From: Rhina ancylostomus
Taxonomy: Eukaryota
Direction: 5' to 3'
Length of the DNA: 64,000 nucleotides
NCBI GenBank assembly: GCA_030265395.1
Contig: JARFYF010000051.1
Coordinates: 13,813,816-13,877,815 of the forward strand
The notes below the pieces were generated by a model, which was given only the letters and a program-made list of their open reading frames with translations, ran no database searches and was not told the origin of the DNA. This document shows positions 61,308 through 64,000 of this stretch, in pieces; within the stretch, counting starts at the first letter, position 1, and each line of letters opens with the position of its first letter. The translations under genes were made by a program, and so were the position numbers.

Positions 61308-63761
61308 TNNNNNNNNNNNNNNNNNNNNNNNNNNNNNNNNNNNNNNNNNNNNNNNNNNNNNNNNNNNNNNNNNNNNNNNNNNNNNNNNNNNNNNNNNNNN
61401 NNNNNNNNAAAATGAGACTTCAGTAGCAGGAAAGACCCCAAAACCTTCAGTGCAGCAATGTTGAGAAGTGTTTGTTTTAATTATGTGTTGTCATGGAAAA
61501 ATGAATAGTCCCAATGAAATTCAGGCATCCAAAATATGAAATCAGCCCCACATTGAACTTCAGTTAACTTACTGTCAGGGTCCGATTGGAGAAAAACCCC
61601 AGTGCTGGGCCCTGTTTCAGTTTGTGATCCCAAGAGTGAAATTAAGACACAAACAAGGTCAAGTACTGTAACTGAACAGTTTCTTTATTACAAATTACAA
61701 AAAGAGAGTTATTATAAAAAAGGGAAATTATTGCAATAAAATTAGCAATTGAGCGGGTTGAAATTTTGAAATTTCAACGATTTGCAAGAAAATTTTGTTC
61801 CGTCCTTTTGATTTTAGACTTTGTATCTTACATATGTGTGTTTACATGAATACAAACCACAACTTTGATTTGTCTTTTAAATTATTTTAGCGGCGAACTC
61901 GTGTTGCGGATGGAAGTGCGGACAGATTTAGTACACTTGTCCTTTAAGCGGCTGAAATCAGCGACATTCTCCTTCTCAAAGCAGGAACATCATACGTAAA
62001 CAAGCGAGGGGAAACTAAACTGATAAACGATCTGGTTCTAATTTCAGACCTTCGTACGTCAGAGACCTGATTATAAACATTTAAATGAAAGTAGCGTAAT
62101 TACAGGTGCAATCGTTTAATGAAATAATCATTTTAAACAGATAAAGATCTGAGAGTCTGGCACGCCACATTTCTCTCTTTGGATGCTTTTGGATTCGTTT
62201 CTAGTACGTTCGTTTTAGATGCAATTGGAAATATTAATCTCTCACCCAACAAGTGCGTAATCCGATGTCTCCGGATTAGCGGGCCTATCTGTATGTCCCT
62301 GGATTTCAAATCTTTTTTGTTTAAATCCTCTAGGATTCCGGCGCCGTGCCTCTCATTCGCAGCTGTCCCGTTCATTTTGACAATGCATTCTGATCAAGCG
62401 TTTAACGAAATATTGAAATGACATCAACAGCAATAAATTAAGGATTTCCTCTCCCTCTGAACGGTAACAGACTCAAGGCTGTGTTGACATTTGATGAATT
62501 TTTTTCGATTTCCATCTTGGATTTTAATCGATAACCTGATTGCGGCGGGACAAGACTGCGGTCCATTAAACTCTCCGCCCTTCAGTGAGGGGCTGATATT
62601 TTTACCGGCACTGGGATCCTTTCAGTGTGTCTATGTTTTACTCCGAGAAGCAGCGCTCGCTTCTTTCAGCTGAAATCGCCATTCATTAAATTGTCCAGAT
62701 TGGAAAATCGGTCAATTTCTCCCAGAATAGTCTCGGATTATTTTCCAACATTAATGTTTGAATTCGGCGCACACAAACTCTGCACTAGGCAGTAAACGAA
62801 CATCTGATCCCAATTCCTCACCAGTCTATGTAAAATCCAGGACCAATCAAACCCCAGCCCGAAATAAAGAAATTACAGGAATGATGAAGGCATCCTGCAA
62901 TAACGAAATTTCGGGAAAAAGAACGTTCAGATCCGGAATAGTGACATTCCTAGAACAATTCATCACGCCCCTGGAATAGAATTCCACGAATAACTAAACA
63001 GACCTGGAATATCGAAATTCCAGCAATAACGAAATATAATTCTGGAATAACGAAATTCCAGGAATAATGTTACATGCTCTTGGAATAACATAATGAACAG
63101 AAGAATGAGAAATAATTAAATGACTGATAATTCAGTTCTGAGGATAATTCCGTGTTTCAGATCTGGTTTGTATTTTGTTTCCCGGTGAAGTTAAGCGGGT
63201 TCTGGTCTACATCCTGCATCAGGTTATCAATGGGCTGGTTATTGGATTGATTGACTGCTGAACTTTAATTGCACGGCTATCGTGTTCACGGGGTGCATTT
63301 GAGTTATCAGCACCCGTCCTAACTATTAGCAGAGTTTTTGTTTGTTGGGTCTTGTGAGAACGGAAAATATTAAAAACAATCACCTTTAGTTTGTCCATGG
63401 ACATCATTGACTCCATCTGCAACTTCCGACACGCAGATGCACCTGTCGTCATCTCTAGCTATTCATCTGCCTCTTTTATTTACCCTTCTATTTTTTGCAG
63501 TCTCCGTCTATCTTCGGATAAACCTGCCTTTGATTAGTTAGTATCTGTGCTTATCATTTCGTTTTACCCAATCTTTGTAAAACGTTATCAATCCATCTAG
63601 CTACATGCGTCCGAAAACCCATTGGTAATGTTTCAGATGCGGTTACAATGGAAGGTTACTAGATATTTTGTTTATTCCTAACAACCATAATAGAATATTT
63701 ATTCACCTGGTTCACCTGTGACTGCCCTTGAGTAGATTGGCATGGCTCCTTCAATCTGCAA

Positions 63762-63784
<23 letters not shown>
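63762..63784. repeat. (TC)n microsatellite
   Basis: Seen directly. Confidence 0.9.
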
Positions 63785-63792
<8 letters not shown>

Positions 63793-63910
63793 TTCTACTG
63801 TACTTGAAATAGCTCCAGCATCTGGAGTAACATATTGACCAGAATATGCCGCAGTATTGCGACATTCAGTGCATTAGCTCCTGCCCCTCCCCCAGGAGCC
63901 CGGCTATGGT

Positions 63911-63913
<3 letters not shown>

Positions 63914-63980
<67 letters not shown>
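63914..63980. repeat. Compound (GA)n(GT)n microsatellite
   Basis: (GA)n 63914-63946 directly followed by GT/GC alternation to 63980. Confidence 0.95.
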
Positions 63981-63981
<1 letters not shown>

Positions 63982-64000
63982 TTGAAAGGCGAAGTTCAGA

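Larger units (their letters stand above)
61750..64000. promoter_or_regulatory. CpG-retaining, transposon-free regulatory domain (probable pri-miR-183/96/182 promoter/enhancer)
   Basis: CpGs abundant despite AT-rich composition; TAATCC pair, TTCN3GAA array and E-box cluster; lies 5' of the minus-strand cluster. Confidence 0.6.

Overview
Vertebrate genomic DNA, most likely from a cartilaginous fish (shark or ray), judged from its repeat content: HER1/CR1 LINEs, HE1/V-SINEs, Deu-domain SINEs, LF-SINE-like, Rex1 and Penelope elements. It is a gapped draft assembly. The window holds the 3' end of NRF1 on the + strand: last intron, terminal coding exon at 13844-14016 and a ~3 kb 3'UTR. About 31 kb of transposon-rich intergenic DNA follows. 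Next is the sensory-organ microRNA cluster on the - strand, which the ORF track cannot show: miR-183 (~53.65 kb), miR-96 (~49.7 kb) and miR-182 (~49.0 kb). It converges on NRF1 as in human, but the internal spacing is reversed. Upstream of the cluster (60.6-64 kb) is a CpG-rich domain, the probable pri-miRNA promoter/enhancer. It contains a palindromic CRX/OTX-type site pair, an array of STAT GAS-type sites and a dense E-box cluster. The most novel candidates are three. (1) A 126-nt in-frame cassette exon in the NRF1 last intron, flanked by NOVA- and RBFOX-type motifs. (2) Seed sites for all three neighbouring miRNAs in the NRF1 3'UTR, all distal to a proximal polyA signal. (3) A palindromic hairpin next to the distal polyA signal that could mask one miR-182 site. 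Almost all ORF-track entries are retroelement debris or noise. Repeat boundaries are approximate and read by eye.
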